Made by a program: the position numbers and the translations under genes. Shown here piece after piece: positions 1 through 12,300 of a stretch of 64,000 bases of DNA. The stretch covers positions 141,298,001 to 141,362,000 of the forward strand of contig OZ038378.1 of NCBI GenBank assembly GCA_964036045.1, read 5' to 3'. Each line of letters starts with the position of its first letter. Positions within the stretch are counted from its first letter, which is position 1. The notes beneath the pieces were generated by a model. The model had not been told where the DNA came from. It worked only from the letters and a program-made list of their open reading frames with translations, and made no database searches. The stretch comes from Eutreptiella sp. 'Long Island Sound 2002' (taxonomy: Eukaryota > Protista > Euglenida).

Positions 1-559
1 GTCCTGCGGGGGGTCTGGGGCATGCAGCTTCGGAAAAGCGTGGGGGCTGTGGTGGGTCGGACTGGGCTCCGACACCTTCGCGGCGTCCTCCAGCAGCATC
101 ATCGTCATGGCGTTGCAGCAGGTCTCGTTCGACGGCCCTGAGCTGGGCTCCTGGAAGCCGGACATCGTGCGGACGGGGATGTCTGCGATGCCCACGGCCA
201 TCGCGGCGTCCCCGGCGCCCTCCGGCTGATCCACGTTGATGGACTGCCGCAGCTGCGACAGCGACAGCGACGGGGAGACCAGGGGCGGGATGGCGTCCTC
301 GTCCCAGTCGGTGCTGGCGGGGGCGTACCGGGGGATGTCCACGCCGCCGTCGGGGGACGCGGCATTCTTGACCACGTGGATCACCAGGGAATTGTCCCGG
401 GAACACTGTGAGTTCGTGCGGCAGACACTCTTCTGCGGCGTGCCCACGGGACTCAGTCGCGCGGACCTGAGCGGGCGTGACGTGTGGCACGGGGGGACGG
501 AGGAGGCGGGGGGGGTGCCGGGGGGGGGGGGGGGGATGGCGGTCATGCGGCCTCCAGTC
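1..559 (-). CDS. DHHC palmitoyltransferase, probable last visible exon (low-complexity C-terminal tail, runs off the left edge)
   Basis: Stop-free minus frame with GC3-rich codons (...RDNSLVIHVVKNAASPDGGVDIPRYAPASTDWDEDAIPPLVSPSLSLSQLRQSINVDQPEG...). The AG acceptor at 561-560 gives phase 2, matching the phase-2 donor of exon 3. The 5' boundary is uncertain. Confidence 0.6.
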
Positions 560-935
560 CTTTTGCAATAAAATGCAGAAAACTTGCAGAAAATTGCGGG
601 GAAACTGCAGGACACTTGAGGGAAATTGCGACGGCGTCAGCAACCCTCCGCGGGCGTCAGGGGACACCACTTCTGGACAGGGGACGAACGGTTGTCCTTT
701 GCGGCGTACAACATGGCCCACTGGCATCACAATTGAAAGAGCCAACCCTCGACATGCGACTGCACAGGCGTCGTTCTTTCATGAGACGCAGGGTCTGCAC
801 AACTACTCGAGACCAAATAATCCTCCTTCTCGCCAGAATGGCACACGCAAGATGGACAAACCAGAAGCAATTGCGGAAAAGTTGCAATAAATTGCAGAAA
901 ATTGCGGAGAATTGCAGAGAGTTGCGGACCTCCAC
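560..935. repeat. Dispersed element bounded by degenerate (AAATTGCG/TTGCAG) arrays, copy 1
   Basis: Arrays at about 560-630 and 868-928 flank a core containing 'gcaaccctccg' and end in 'ggacctc'. Same layout as 16400-17205. Confidence 0.7.
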
Positions 936-2019
936 AGCCCTTTACCAGTGTACCCAATGTTCCCTCCCCCACCAGCTCGGTCCCAATATTCAGTCTTGAT
1001 TAGAGGGTTGTAAAGGGTCATCAGGGCTTCGGTCACTCGGTCGGTCGCATACGTACTTGAGATGCATTGCATTAATTCTTGATTTTTTGATTTTTGATTT
1101 TTGATCTTTATGTTCCCCCCCTCCCCCCCACCGAAGGCGAAGAGGGCAGCCAGTGGGCACTGGGCAATGCACATCTCGTCCCGCAAATCAGAAGATGCAG
1201 TGCAGAGCCTGCGGTGCGTCATGAAGGCCCGCCGCGAGGGGCCGGCCGCGCCGTGGGTTTGAAGGGAACCCGCCCGGTGCCCTTGAGCTGCGGGGCGGGG
1301 GATACCAGCTGCGCAGGAGTTGGGGTGCACAGGCTGGGCAGCAACAGCGGGGGCGGGTGCTGAGAACCACAGCCCAGAAGATGGGTTGGCCCTCGCACCC
1401 CCTCCCGAGGAGGCAAAGGCCCGCACCACTCACAGAGAAGCAGCTCCGAGCCCCCACCCCCCCATTCCAGGCAATCCTGGCGCAGTCGGTCTGGACTTGG
1501 CTGTTCCGCACTGTTCTGGGGCCCGGAAAGGGGGGCATCCCTCCACAGCTCATCCACAAAGCAGTGACAGTGGGTGCCTCGGCCTTGGGATCTGACATGG
1601 GGTGTTCCCGCCGGGGGGTTCGCATGTGTGTGTTGTACACTGCACCGCTGTACCGGCGTAGGGGGGGGGGATCAACGTGGCCGCATAACCCCCGCCGTCT
1701 GGGGTCCCCACGTCGGGGGAAGAGGTGGCCCAAAGCTCTCGGCCGAGTGGCGCTATCCCGGGCTCAGAGGGCCCGTTTGGGGGGGGGGGGGGGGTCCGTG
1801 GGTTGGCTGAGCCAGGATTGCCGGGCCCTTAACCCCTGCCCCCCTGGCAGAGACCTGGTTCGGTGCAGTGCCTGGGCAAGACGTCCTGCGGGAGGCGCTC
1901 TGCCGGCGCTGTTGTCCAGCCATCGCCCCCCGCCAACCCCCCCCGCCGCGCAACACACGCAGACACGCGTGTGCGCACGTACGCCTGCCCCTCCGCAGAA
2001 CACGCACCCCCAGGCACAC

Positions 2020-2486
2020 CCTTTCCGCGGTGTTGTGCTGTGGTTGGACACGCCGCTCCGCTTCGAACACCCGCTGCGGGGCGACGAGACCCGCGATGAG
2101 AAGGACCCGGACCGAGTGCCGTGCTCCGAGGGGCCCTCCTCTCCGGGCGTCTTCGCCTCGCTCCCCTCCGAGGCCTGTACGTTGGTCCGCACCCACCCAT
2201 TGCCCCCGTCCTCTTGGGGGTCCGTGCACTCGGCATTCGGCTCCAGCGGATGCGTCTGGTTCGTGCTCTTTCGGTTGCGGCGGCTGATGATCCACTCGTA
2301 CGTGGACTGCCCTTTGAAGAACAACATGACGTGGAACCCGAACAGGTGCCCCAGCAGCACCACCGCCACCAGCGCCAGCACAGCGATCAGTGCCATGCAG
2401 GACTGGTAGGGGATCACGCTTGGCGTCTGGAAGATCGTCTGCATGACGTCGCGGTAGTGCTCCGGTGCAATGAAGGAGTCGATGAA
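2020..2486 (-). CDS. DHHC palmitoyltransferase exon 3 (TM4 and TTxE-like motif)
   Basis: Acceptor ...gacctttcag|TTC ATC GAC. Encodes FIDSF...MALIAVLALVAVVLLGHLFGFHVMLFFKGQSTYEWIISRR (STYE matches the TTxE motif). The donor is either AAAGG|GTGTGC (2020) or GG|GTGCGT (2008); both are phase 2. Confidence 0.8.
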
Positions 2487-3231
2487 CTGAAAGGTCACGA
2501 CAGGGGAATGCAGGTTGTGTGCCGTCGGGGGGGGGGGGGGGGTGTCCGGTGGGGGGGATGGGGTGCGCGCCCGGCGAAACAGGCCCCTGCCTCTGTGGGA
2601 GACAGGGGGGGTTGGCGGGGTGGACTGGTCGCCTCCACTGCATTGGGTGCTCCTCCTTTGGACAACGAGCTCCAGGGGGTCCGGCGCTTCTCCCCGAGCT
2701 GCCACCCCTTCCTCAGCGGCCATGCCGGGACCCGTGCCCAGCTGCCGCCAGGGCCCGCCCAGGGGCCGGGGGGGGGGGGGGGCTGGGGCAAAGGTGGAGT
2801 AGGTATGTCGGTTGCTACTGTCGCTCACTCACCAGTTCAGCCTCCGGGCACCTGGGGCAGCTCCTGCATAGGCACTGCTGAAGCCACTCCTGCGGCGCTT
2901 GATGCCGTGCACAGGGCCAAGACACTCTAGGCTGCGCCCGATGTCCAGCCACCGCTGTGCACTGATCCCCCCTGCGGCTCCTCTCTCTCGGACCCACACC
3001 CCATCAGGCTATTGCTTAGTGACCCCGGGGGGGGGGGGGGGGGGGCGGGGGGTTGGGCCTCGGCCAGGGCTCAGTCACCCACCCACCCACCTATCCACCC
3101 ACCCATCCAACCCTACCCGCCCCCCCAACCCTCCCCACCCCCGGGCGGGGGGGGGGGGGGGAGCTATGCCCTCCACCCACAGTCACATACAAGCAGAGCA
3201 GAACTGACCAGCAAAAGTTTGCCAATAGTAG

Positions 3232-3296
3232 GCATGGAACCTGGGACTTTTTAAAATCGAGTCAGGCACCACAACCAACTGAACAACCACCCAGTT
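3232..3296 (-). repeat. Degenerate tRNA-derived (SINE-head-like) sequence
   Basis: Minus strand reads GGTTGTTCAGTTGGTTGTGGTGCCTGACTCG...AAGTCCCAGGTTCCATG, i.e. decayed A- and B-box-like motifs with no intact cloverleaf. Confidence 0.4.
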
Positions 3297-3662
3297 CTCG
3301 GTTTCTGCGCAACAAAAGGGTTAAGAGGTTTGACATGTTATGCAAAAAAAGTGAAAAATTCAGGCCGATCTCAGAGCCCTGCACACACCCAAAACCCCCA
3401 AAAAGCGCACCCGCACCCCCGGGGAGGGGGGGGGGGCGCCTGGTGGCCCAAACTGCTGAAACTTGGGGCCAACCCATCCACCCATCCCTATACCCACAGG
3501 GTGGGCAAAATACCCACCCTGGGTATTTTGCCCACCAAGCAATAGCCTGCACCCCATCCCCCCCATTCGCCTGGCCCCCAGGGCCCGGCATCACAAATGA
3601 ACTGGAGGCGGAATCGTCCACTGCCCCGTGCCGCACACGTGAAAGGGGGGGGGGGGCTGGCA

Positions 3663-4252
3663 GGGATTTGCTTAGTGACGGGGGGCGGGGGGGGGTGAAT
3701 TTCAAGACCCACCCCACGGGGGGGGGGGCGACTACCAAAGGTCCTGATGCGACCACCCCCCAGCTATCTGTCAAAACTCGGGGGGGGGGGGGGGACTGGG
3801 GGGGGTCGCATACAAGGACCCGGCCCGGCCGCCCCCCCGGGACCCACCCACCCAAAATTCGGGAAAACCCAAGGACATAAAAATGTCCCACCCCCATGGG
3901 GGGGGGGGTGTTTGACAGCCAAGGACCCACCCACCCAGGCAGCCACCAAAGCCGGACACAGATCACGAGCACTGCACCAGATTTCAGCAAATTTCTGAAG
4001 CCAGATGAGCAGTCTATTCACTGTCAATAATTGTTGCAATAGCATCCTTGTACGTCTCCCAAGTTAGTGCTGGCTTTGCAACAGTTGTTGTTGGTTGTTC
4101 AGCAACCTGCCATACCATGCATCATAACACCCAGAGAGCCAGAATTGTCCCACCCCCACCGGGGGGGGAGGGGGGTGTTTGGACACCCACCCACCCAAAA
4201 TTTCCAAGACACCCCCCCCCCCGTCCCGTAGGACGCCCACTAAGCAAATCCC
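3663..4252. mobile_element. MITE-like element with 15-bp terminal inverted repeats
   Basis: GGGATTTGCTTAGTG (3663-3677) and CACTAAGCAAATCCC (4238-4252). A related end, ttgcttagtgac, lies at about 3013; internal cccacccaccca motifs recur. Confidence 0.55.
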
Positions 4253-5718
4253 GGGGGGCTGGGCACTGTACCAGAGGCAGCCCCGCTGTGTTGACTAGCC
4301 TGCACCACGCGCGCCACCGCCCTCTCAACCAGTGGACGCACTCGTGGAGCAGAGGAAAAAGAGGAGGCATTCCACCCAGGCCACGGCTTAGCGCTGCCCA
4401 AGGGGGGATGGGGGTGATGGCAGCCTGGGCTCCTCCGCCTGAATCACCCACCCATCCACCCACATCAGAAAAATTGTCCTCAGCAAAAAAATGAAATCTA
4501 TCAGTCACAGAGATGCATATTTGGTGGTCTTAGAGGCATCGTTGGTGTGTGATACTCGGTATTTTGGAGGTTCTTCCGAATTAGGATTCTGGCATATTGT
4601 AATTTTCACCCCTTTTCTCCCATTTGTCAGCCCCCGTTTCACCTGTTTTCACCCACTTTTATCGGTTTTCGCTGCATGTCGTGCTTTGTACCCCGCCCCC
4701 CCTGGGGCCTGAAATTGGAGATTGACTGTAGGCACACACACATTTTTTTGGCCTCTGACCTACCCACCCACCCCCTGTATAGGAATAACTTGCCACCGAG
4801 CCGTAGCCTGATTCCAGCCCACTGGCGGCAGGCCTGGTTTGTTGTGTTGTGCGGAGCGGGCTGGGCAACGGGGAGTACACTGCCGCTTCGACCCTAGGAG
4901 ACCCTAGGAGACAGGGATAGAAATAGCAGCTACGCTTGGCCCACTCCCTGGCAGGGACGACCGAGCCTGCATGGGGGCCATATTACAGGAGTCCAGAAAC
5001 CAAATCTGCTGATTGGAGGCCGTTGCATGGCAGCAAGCTGGATCCTGACCTGCCTTGGGAACCTACCCTGCCCCTCCCACGGAGGGACATCAGAACATGC
5101 GAGACGTGGTGCTGCCCTCATGAACCCCATGAAGAACGAGCCCTTTGTTCGGAAAAGCCCCCACCACACCCCTGTGGACACCACTTGTGCTGCATGGGAG
5201 AGATCCTACACAGCTTGCGCATTATCCAGATTAAAATTAGAGAAATTCGAGAAAATCCAGAGATTTTGTGAACATTCTTGTGCAGCCATGAACTACTGCA
5301 CCCCCAAACACCCCCCTACACATGAACCCTTTGGAGTTGCTTCGCATTTTGCTGGTTCACATGCCCTCGTGTTCGCTCTCTTGTTTTGTGTCGCGCGTCC
5401 CTTGTCTAGTAATCAGGGGGGGGGGGGGGGCAAGGGAACCGTCACTTGGGGTAGGTTCCCTTGGGGGTGCGAGGAAACCGTCATGCGCAGCCGCTTACTG
5501 GACAACAGGGGGGGGGGGTGTAGGTGGATACTTGATTATGATGAGGGGTGATCACCCGACGACTAGTACATGCACAATGCAACAAAGCCATTTCCTCCCC
5601 ATTTTGGCAATCCCGAGAAGGCAGGGGTAATATAGCCCTTTTGATTCCTCCGCACTTTGGGGATGGAAGGTCCTGAGTTCAATCCCTGCATAGACCGACT
5701 ACCTAGGATGAGCCCCAT

Positions 5719-6226
5719 GCAGGGCTCAGAAGTACCCGGCTCCGGTGGCGGGTACTGTACCCACAAACGTACCCACAATGTACCCATGGCAACGAAAAAT
5801 GGGGGAAAATGGGGGAAAATGGGTGAAAATGGGGGAAAATGGGGGGGGAATGGGGAAAAATGGGGGGAAATGGGGGAAAATAAGGAAACTTGGGTGGTGC
5901 AACCGGTCCCCTTTCCCCCCATTTCCTCCCCATTTCCTCCCCATTTCCTCCCCATTTCCCCCCATTTTTCCCCATTTTCCTCGGGAGCTTTCCCCATTTT
6001 CCCCCATTTTTCCTCGGGAGCTTTCACCAATGCGCCTCCCCCACAGCCTTGTTGCCAACCTAAACCTTGATTTTTGGCCTTTTCAGCCCCTAAATTTCCC
6101 ATTTTTCCACCAAGCAATCTGAATTTCCCTCATTTACCCCCATTTCCCCCCATTTTTCCTACCTTGGCCAATTTCCCGGATAGTGTTCCGCTAAACGTAC
6201 CTAAACTGGGTACTTCTGAGCCCTGC
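5719..6226. mobile_element. Fold-back MITE with 19-bp perfect TIR and possible 4-bp TSD
   Basis: GCAGGGCTCAGAAGTACCC (5719-5737) and GGGTACTTCTGAGCCCTGC (6208-6226), with CCAT on both flanks. Internal (GGGGAAAAT)n and (CCCCATTTT)n arrays are in inverted orientation. Confidence 0.75.
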
Positions 6227-7200
6227 CCATGTGAAGCAAGTGACAAGGCAGTGACCTCGAGTGCCATGGCCATGCCACCTCAGGAAACTGCCTGCGGGGA
6301 TGCATGTCAGGTCTACTGAGCAACAGGCCTGGTGTGCCACTTTTTCTGGTGCGAGTATTTCACCTCAAAGAGCTGCATGTGCTCAACAGAGGCCACAGGA
6401 ATGGGCTCTCCGGTCTGAATGTTGGAAAGTGACAACAGCACTAGGTGTCAATATCATCGGCATTCATGGCTGAAATTGCGAAAAACTAAGTGTTCTGCAT
6501 GGTACAGACAGTGCAGTGCCTTTCATGCAAGAAATTTAAAGTACACAGCAGTGCACCAACAGCAGTACCTCGTCCAACCAGCAAACACATAGGAGAACCT
6601 CAATATCAAACCTTCTAAGAAAAATTGGAAAATGGAAAGTGATAATTCCCTTGCCACCCGCGCTTACTAGACAAGGGCACAGTATGAAAACTGCGCACAA
6701 TGCACCTTTCACCCCCAAATCAGCTAGCCTTATCCCACCACGCCCTGAAGAAGAAGAAAACCAGCCCGAACCTGGAAGAGTTTTTTTGGCTGGCGTGGGG
6801 GAGGGGGGGGGGTGATGAAACTGGACCCACACACCCACTTTCAAAACCCACCCACCCACTCAGCCAATCCCTGCCTTCTTGGGGTCCCCACAGTAGGGGA
6901 AAATCAATATGGCTACCCAACCCCTGCCTTCTTGAGGCCCCCATAGTGGGGAGAAATCAATACAGCTGCATAATTGGCCAAGATTGGACTCTGAAAAGAT
7001 GTACTACACCGCCATCCCTAAGGACCGCCCTTAACAAAAAACAACCCACCCATTATGGCATACCCTCATGGGGGGCAGGGGGGGCAATGCTCAAGAAGCC
7101 ACCCACCCACTGCAAAAAGCCACCCACCTACATACCCCCCCCTTCGGTAGGGTATCCGCAGCACTGAAACAAGCCTTGGCTAGGGACCAGGAATGGCGAC

Positions 7201-7366
7201 CTGGTAAATGCTCAGCACAAGTTGGAGGACTAGTGCGCCCCAGGTGGTGGTCATGAAGGTAAAAAAAAGGCGGTAGTTCAACACTCCGATGCAGTTGTTC
7301 AGCCACTTGCAATGGTGATCGAACCCGACGACGCACTTGTTGCAGCGGCCACAGTGCTTGCTGGTC
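7201..7366 (-). CDS. DHHC palmitoyltransferase exon 2 (DHHC cysteine-rich catalytic domain)
   Basis: tgtgcccag|G ACC AGC AAG CAC ... TAC CAG|GTC. Encodes (R)[35 protein letters not shown], the canonical DHHC-CRD. Length 166 nt; phases fit exons 1 and 3. Confidence 0.92.
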
Positions 7367-7999
7367 CTGGGCACAGGGAGGTCATGGAGATTCAACACTG
7401 AAGGGCAGCAGTGTGCGAGGAAGAGTACGCACAGGACTTGGCCTGGTTGGGCTTGGCACGGCGCACACAGTCCCAGAAGGAGGAGGATGCGCACTGAGTC
7501 CTTCGGCACAACAGAGTTCTTGGGCTTCTTGGGTCCCTCACCTGAACCCTGGCAGGTCCCTGTTTCTTACCGTTCCTGTGGCTGGGCTTCAGACCAGTGA
7601 CCTTGTGCCCCTGAGTTCATTTGGGAGGCGATGAGGCATGGGGGGCGCCCAGGTGCAGTCCATGACCCTGACACCCCCTAAACATTTTGGCACCTTGAAG
7701 GGGGGGGTGGTGGTGGTGGGTATGCAGGAGTCGCACCTGCAATGCTATGCGCTGGAGCTTGGCTCCGACCCACCCTCCCCACTATATAACACCGTTTGGT
7801 CATGGGTGGTGGAAACGGGCACGGGTTTTCCTGCTTGACAGCTGGGTGGCTGAGGGGACGAGCGTCGCTCCAGTTAATGTACGTGCTCTGGAGGTCTGAA
7901 CTCCGTCTGCGGTTGCATTCTCGCGGAGTGCTGTACCACTCAGCGGATGCCAGTGCCCCTCTTTGCGCCGGTGTCGCGTTGCGCGGGCGCGGTGAGCAA

Positions 8000-10900
8000 A
8001 AAGGCCAAAGCCCCTCGTGGTGTGTTGTGCGTCAAGCGTACGGGTGGGGAACACCCCCGCTCCATTCGACTAGTGGGTACTGAAACATGCACGGCATCAG
8101 TAGGCAAGACAACTCAGAAGACTACCTTCATCCGGATAACATCCGTAGTCTCAGGTCTGCATAATGTGAGTGCACCATGTGGCCACAACTTTGCAAGTCG
8201 TAGCGCCACGCGCACCACCACCCACGAACACGAGCCGGCAACAGCGCGGGAGTACACTTGGTGTACCCGGCTAGGTAGCGGTGCACCCTAGTGCCAAACC
8301 TTAAAGCAAACCAGCGGTGGCAATGCCTCAGATCCCTGGCCGCTTCCGCGGTAGGATCCGGCCGGACAGCGACAAAGTGATCCAGGACACATGTTGCACC
8401 TAACATGAAGAGGTGGAACCTAATGTGAAACCAAGATATGCCCCTTCCCACTGTCTCAGCACCACCCAATAGGTGGGCAAGGAGACACCCCACTTTATGG
8501 GGGGGTCCAAGGCTGCCTGTATGACTTTTGCCACTGTACCCTCCAACCACTTCGCGTAATAGAGCCTCCTTGCTCCACTAGCGCTCGGGCTGCCTCGTGA
8601 ACCCCGAGGTTAGCAAAGGACACTTCCGCACGCACATACACATCTAACACGTTGCACAAATTGCAAATGAGAGCGCAGGTAACCGGCTAGCACTCTAGCA
8701 CACATGGGTTGGGACGGAGGATCTCACACCGGAGTCCACTGCACGTTGCGGCTCACGGGGAACTGGGCGGGATCTGAGTGTGCCCACCCCCCTAAGCCCC
8801 TACCCCCCGTGGACTGATTGGTTTTTTTTGCCTGTACTGCTGGACCTTGCCCGGGGGTAGTGGTTGAAGGAGCATCCTAAGGATGGCATTTAACAAACTC
8901 GGCAATTGCCTGTGCCACCGCTGGTGCCAAAGGCAAAGAAGCACGAAGTCGCTCCCATTGGTGCCGTAGGATGTCGTGCGTAAAACTAGGCATTTTGCAC
9001 CCCGCCAATTGCATGGTGAGGTGGAAGGCCTGTGCCAGGGTCCCCAACTGCTGGTCGTCAACAGCGTTCAGCCCGGTGAAGAACCCATTCGATACCGGGG
9101 GTGAAACTTCAGAAGCACTTCTTGCATCGCGGGGGCCATGAGTCCCTTCAGGCAAAACCGGAAAGTCTGTGACACCGGACTGTGGAGTTTGACGTTCCGG
9201 ATCCTCTGGACCCGTAAGGTCAACTATGGGTGACTCCGGAAGGGGCTTGGCGACTGGGGCTGGCGCTGGCGGAGGCATTTCTAGGGTTGACTCAAATTGC
9301 ACAGAGAAAAGTTGCAAATCTTGAAAAGACAGGGAACCTCGCGCCACCCAGGCCGTGAGTAAAACCAGCAGCGACGGATACCATGCCGCATGGTGTTTGT
9401 CAATACGGTGGTTGTTCGCAGGGCGAAGCTTGTCTAGAGCCTCCTGCAAGACGTTAGGCGCCTGAGTGCCCTTGGGGGGGGGGGGCTTCCGGGAAAGGGA
9501 GAGCAAAGCCTTCGGCCGGATACGCGTGTCAACAGCCCCCGGATCTATGTCTGTACCGCGTTTACGATCCAATGTCTTCACCAACCTCGTGACTAAGGCT
9601 TGTAAATCATCAATCCTGGCTTGAAGCCGCCCAGCGGCATCCTCATGTATCTTCTTTTGATGCGCCAGGTCTCGAAGTGCGGACTGCAGTGCATCCTCGG
9701 TCGCCTGCACTGTTTCACAAATCTGACGGTGGCGGTCCGTCATCTGGCGTAGTTTGGCGTCATTCCCCCTAGGGGTTGCTGGCAGGACAGCAGCTTCAAA
9801 TTGCGACAATAGGTCAATGGGCAACGAATCTCCATCTACTAGTTTGTCGAGGACCTCCTTCGTGGTGCGGGCTGTAGAGCTGGCTGAGGGGGGGGGAGGG
9901 GCATCATCCGTTAGAAACCCGCTGAGCACCATCGAAGTGCCACAACCATGGGCGGGCATGTCCGAGCCACCGGCCATGGTCCATACAGCCAGAAACAATT
10001 CTGGCATGCGGGGGGTGCGCAACAGCTCATGTGGAGTGCACATTGACAGATGGTCCCGTAAACGTGACGCTAGGTGTAAGGCGAGCACAGAGGCAGTCGC
10101 CCATGGCGGCGAAACGAGATCCCTCACTTGCCCCACGACATCCTCTTCGCTGAGCAACAAGGTCGAAGCTTCTAGTACGTGCGGCGTCTGCTCAATGGGG
10201 ACGCGCCTGGGAATTTTTGTTGCGGAGTGGCCACAAGGTCGGCGGCCCACCACAGAACGTAGGGATACATCTGATGCAGGATGTCCGGTGCAACATACGC
10301 GGTGTTAAGGGGGAGGGTAGGCATGTCAAGGATGACAACCCACCGTCCCGCAGCATCTTTCTTGTGCCACTTTGCCCACAGAGCCCTGAGTGGCGACGGC
10401 AACAGTTGCGAGACAAGGTCTAGCACCAGCTTAGAAAACTGGGTGCCCCTGAATTCGGGCACCCAATCCGCTTCGGTGAGGCCTAGCAGCTGTCTAAGCC
10501 TCGTCCGGAACGATTTTTCCGTATGTTCGCTGGAAGAAAGGGTTCCACCCTAGTAGAAGTTCCTGGGAGGCAGTGTCGGCGGTCTGCGCAAAAGCCAAAA
10601 GCAGCAAAGATTGAGCCATGGCAACCAGACAATGCGTAACAGTCTGCACCCCCGTGGGTGTCTTAACGTCGGCAGTGACGGTGGGCAGCACGCCGTTTGT
10701 GGTTTGCATTGCCTGCAGATCACTGACATCGCACAAATCGCCCTCCAACGCCAGCCACCTCCATGTATCACAAAGATGAGTGGGAGCCTTGTCGGTAACC
10801 TCACCTAACGCTCTGATAGCCTCGTGGGGCGCTGGTAAAGGGACACCCGTGGTGTAGTCACACAGCAGTGGCTGCAGGTGTGGCTTTGTGCTGCGCTCCA

Positions 10901-12300
10901 ATAGACGCAAAAACCGGTCGGGGGGGTCATTGAGAGACGCAGGTAACGGGGGCATGGTGAACTGAAAACAAGGATGGGGCAGTCGCAGGGACACCTCACC
11001 CCAAGCACACGGATAGACAATCAGGCAACACAAGGGTAAGCGACAGAGCAGGAGGAGCAACGCTGTACATATCCCCTAGTGACCCCGTGCCCCCTCCACG
11101 AAGCCACAGTAAGCGGCCGGGCCACCGCACATGGCGGGGATGTGGGGGGAGCCACACTTGCCCAGTTCACTGCGGGTAGTACGTGCTGTGGGGCCCCGGG
11201 TAGGACGTACCCCAGTGTGTCGTGTGGGTTGGTGGTGGTGTGCCCCTACGCCCACGGCGTCGTGCGGTGAGCCACACCCCATAGTTGGTTTGACTAAGGA
11301 AGGGCTCAGGGGACCTCGTGCCCCCAAGCTGGGCACGCCACAAGTCCGAGGCCCAGTGGCCTCCTTGTGGTTTGTTCGTGTCCAAGCGGGTTACTGCGGC
11401 TGCGGGCCATTTGGTTCGGAGGGCTCGTACAAGCCACCTACGGAATCGCTCGAAAGACGCAGCAACGAATTTTTCCAGCACCGGAGGCTCCAGGTGGACA
11501 TGGAGTTGTCGTTCATCCACTACACCGAGTGTGTATTGTGGTCGGGCTAATGCGTCACGAGCTTCACAACGTTCTGCAGAGCGTCGGGCGTCTCGGGCCT
11601 TGCGGCGGATCCACCCCTGCTCCGAGCGCTTCCGCTTCCCCATATTGGCCTCTCCCCACTATGGGGACCCCGAGAAGGCAGGGGTGATGCAGTCATATTG
11701 AATATATTCAATATTGAATCACCACTGCCCCCTCCTTCACCCTATTCGCGGTCCCCATCACCCAAAAGACCACGGACACCGCGTTCGCCGCGAGCCAGTG
11801 GAGGCACGCAGCTCGGTGGGCGGACCCGGGGAATCAGGCATGACGCGAAGACTGGAGTGAACAGACCGACAATAGACATCGCAGCGCAGATAAGGGAACT
11901 AGACCGGCTCTGAAGGGGCATCCTGTCGTGCGGCAGGGGCGCTCCCCTCCGCAGACCATTCAAACCCAGGCGAGGGAGGGTCGCCGCATGGCAGGCGTGG
12001 AAGCTTCCAAGGGTCGAAGTGCACCTCTGGTACGAACTGAAGAGGAAACGGGGAAATACCTGTTACCACACGTATTGCACGTGGGATGAGTGTGGGCAAA
12101 CCGTGGTAGCTAGCATAGAGTTTGTTAGTTGACTGGTATGCAAAGCATCCTCTTACTCTCCCTTGCCCTTAGCTTGCACGGAGGGGTTTCCTACGTGGGC
12201 CACGGTCCACGTCCACACCCTACCGTGCAGGGTGCGCCCGGCCGGTGCGTGGGGAACGAAAGGGGGGGGGGGGGGGGCTGGGACCAAAAACACCAACCGC
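8000..12300 (-). mobile_element. Decayed non-LTR retrotransposon 5' region (ORF1-like with coiled coil, plus extra 5' ORFs), copy 1
   Basis: Frameshifted ORFs at 10494-11060, 10172-10462 and 8877-10253 (heptad-rich segment ETVQATEDALQSALRDLAHQKKIHEDAAGRLQARIDDLQALV), plus 11167-11643. All but 8877-10253 are homologous at protein level to 25330-26734. No RT seen in this copy. Confidence 0.6.

Noticed and set aside
1357-3990. Long Pro/Gly/Arg-rich ORFs in the track (also 5563-6122, 12797-13403, 51385-53127, 54199-58098)
   Set aside because: They arise from poly-G/C tracts and tandem repeats, overlap in several frames and carry no domain motifs. Only the spliced DHHC segment is supported.
12170-12260. 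HDV-like ribozyme at the conserved gggccacggtccacgtccacac terminus (also about 27460)
   Set aside because: The TCCACGT loop is L3-like, but P3 has a mismatch, no GG follows P1 and the J4/2 C-AA is missing.
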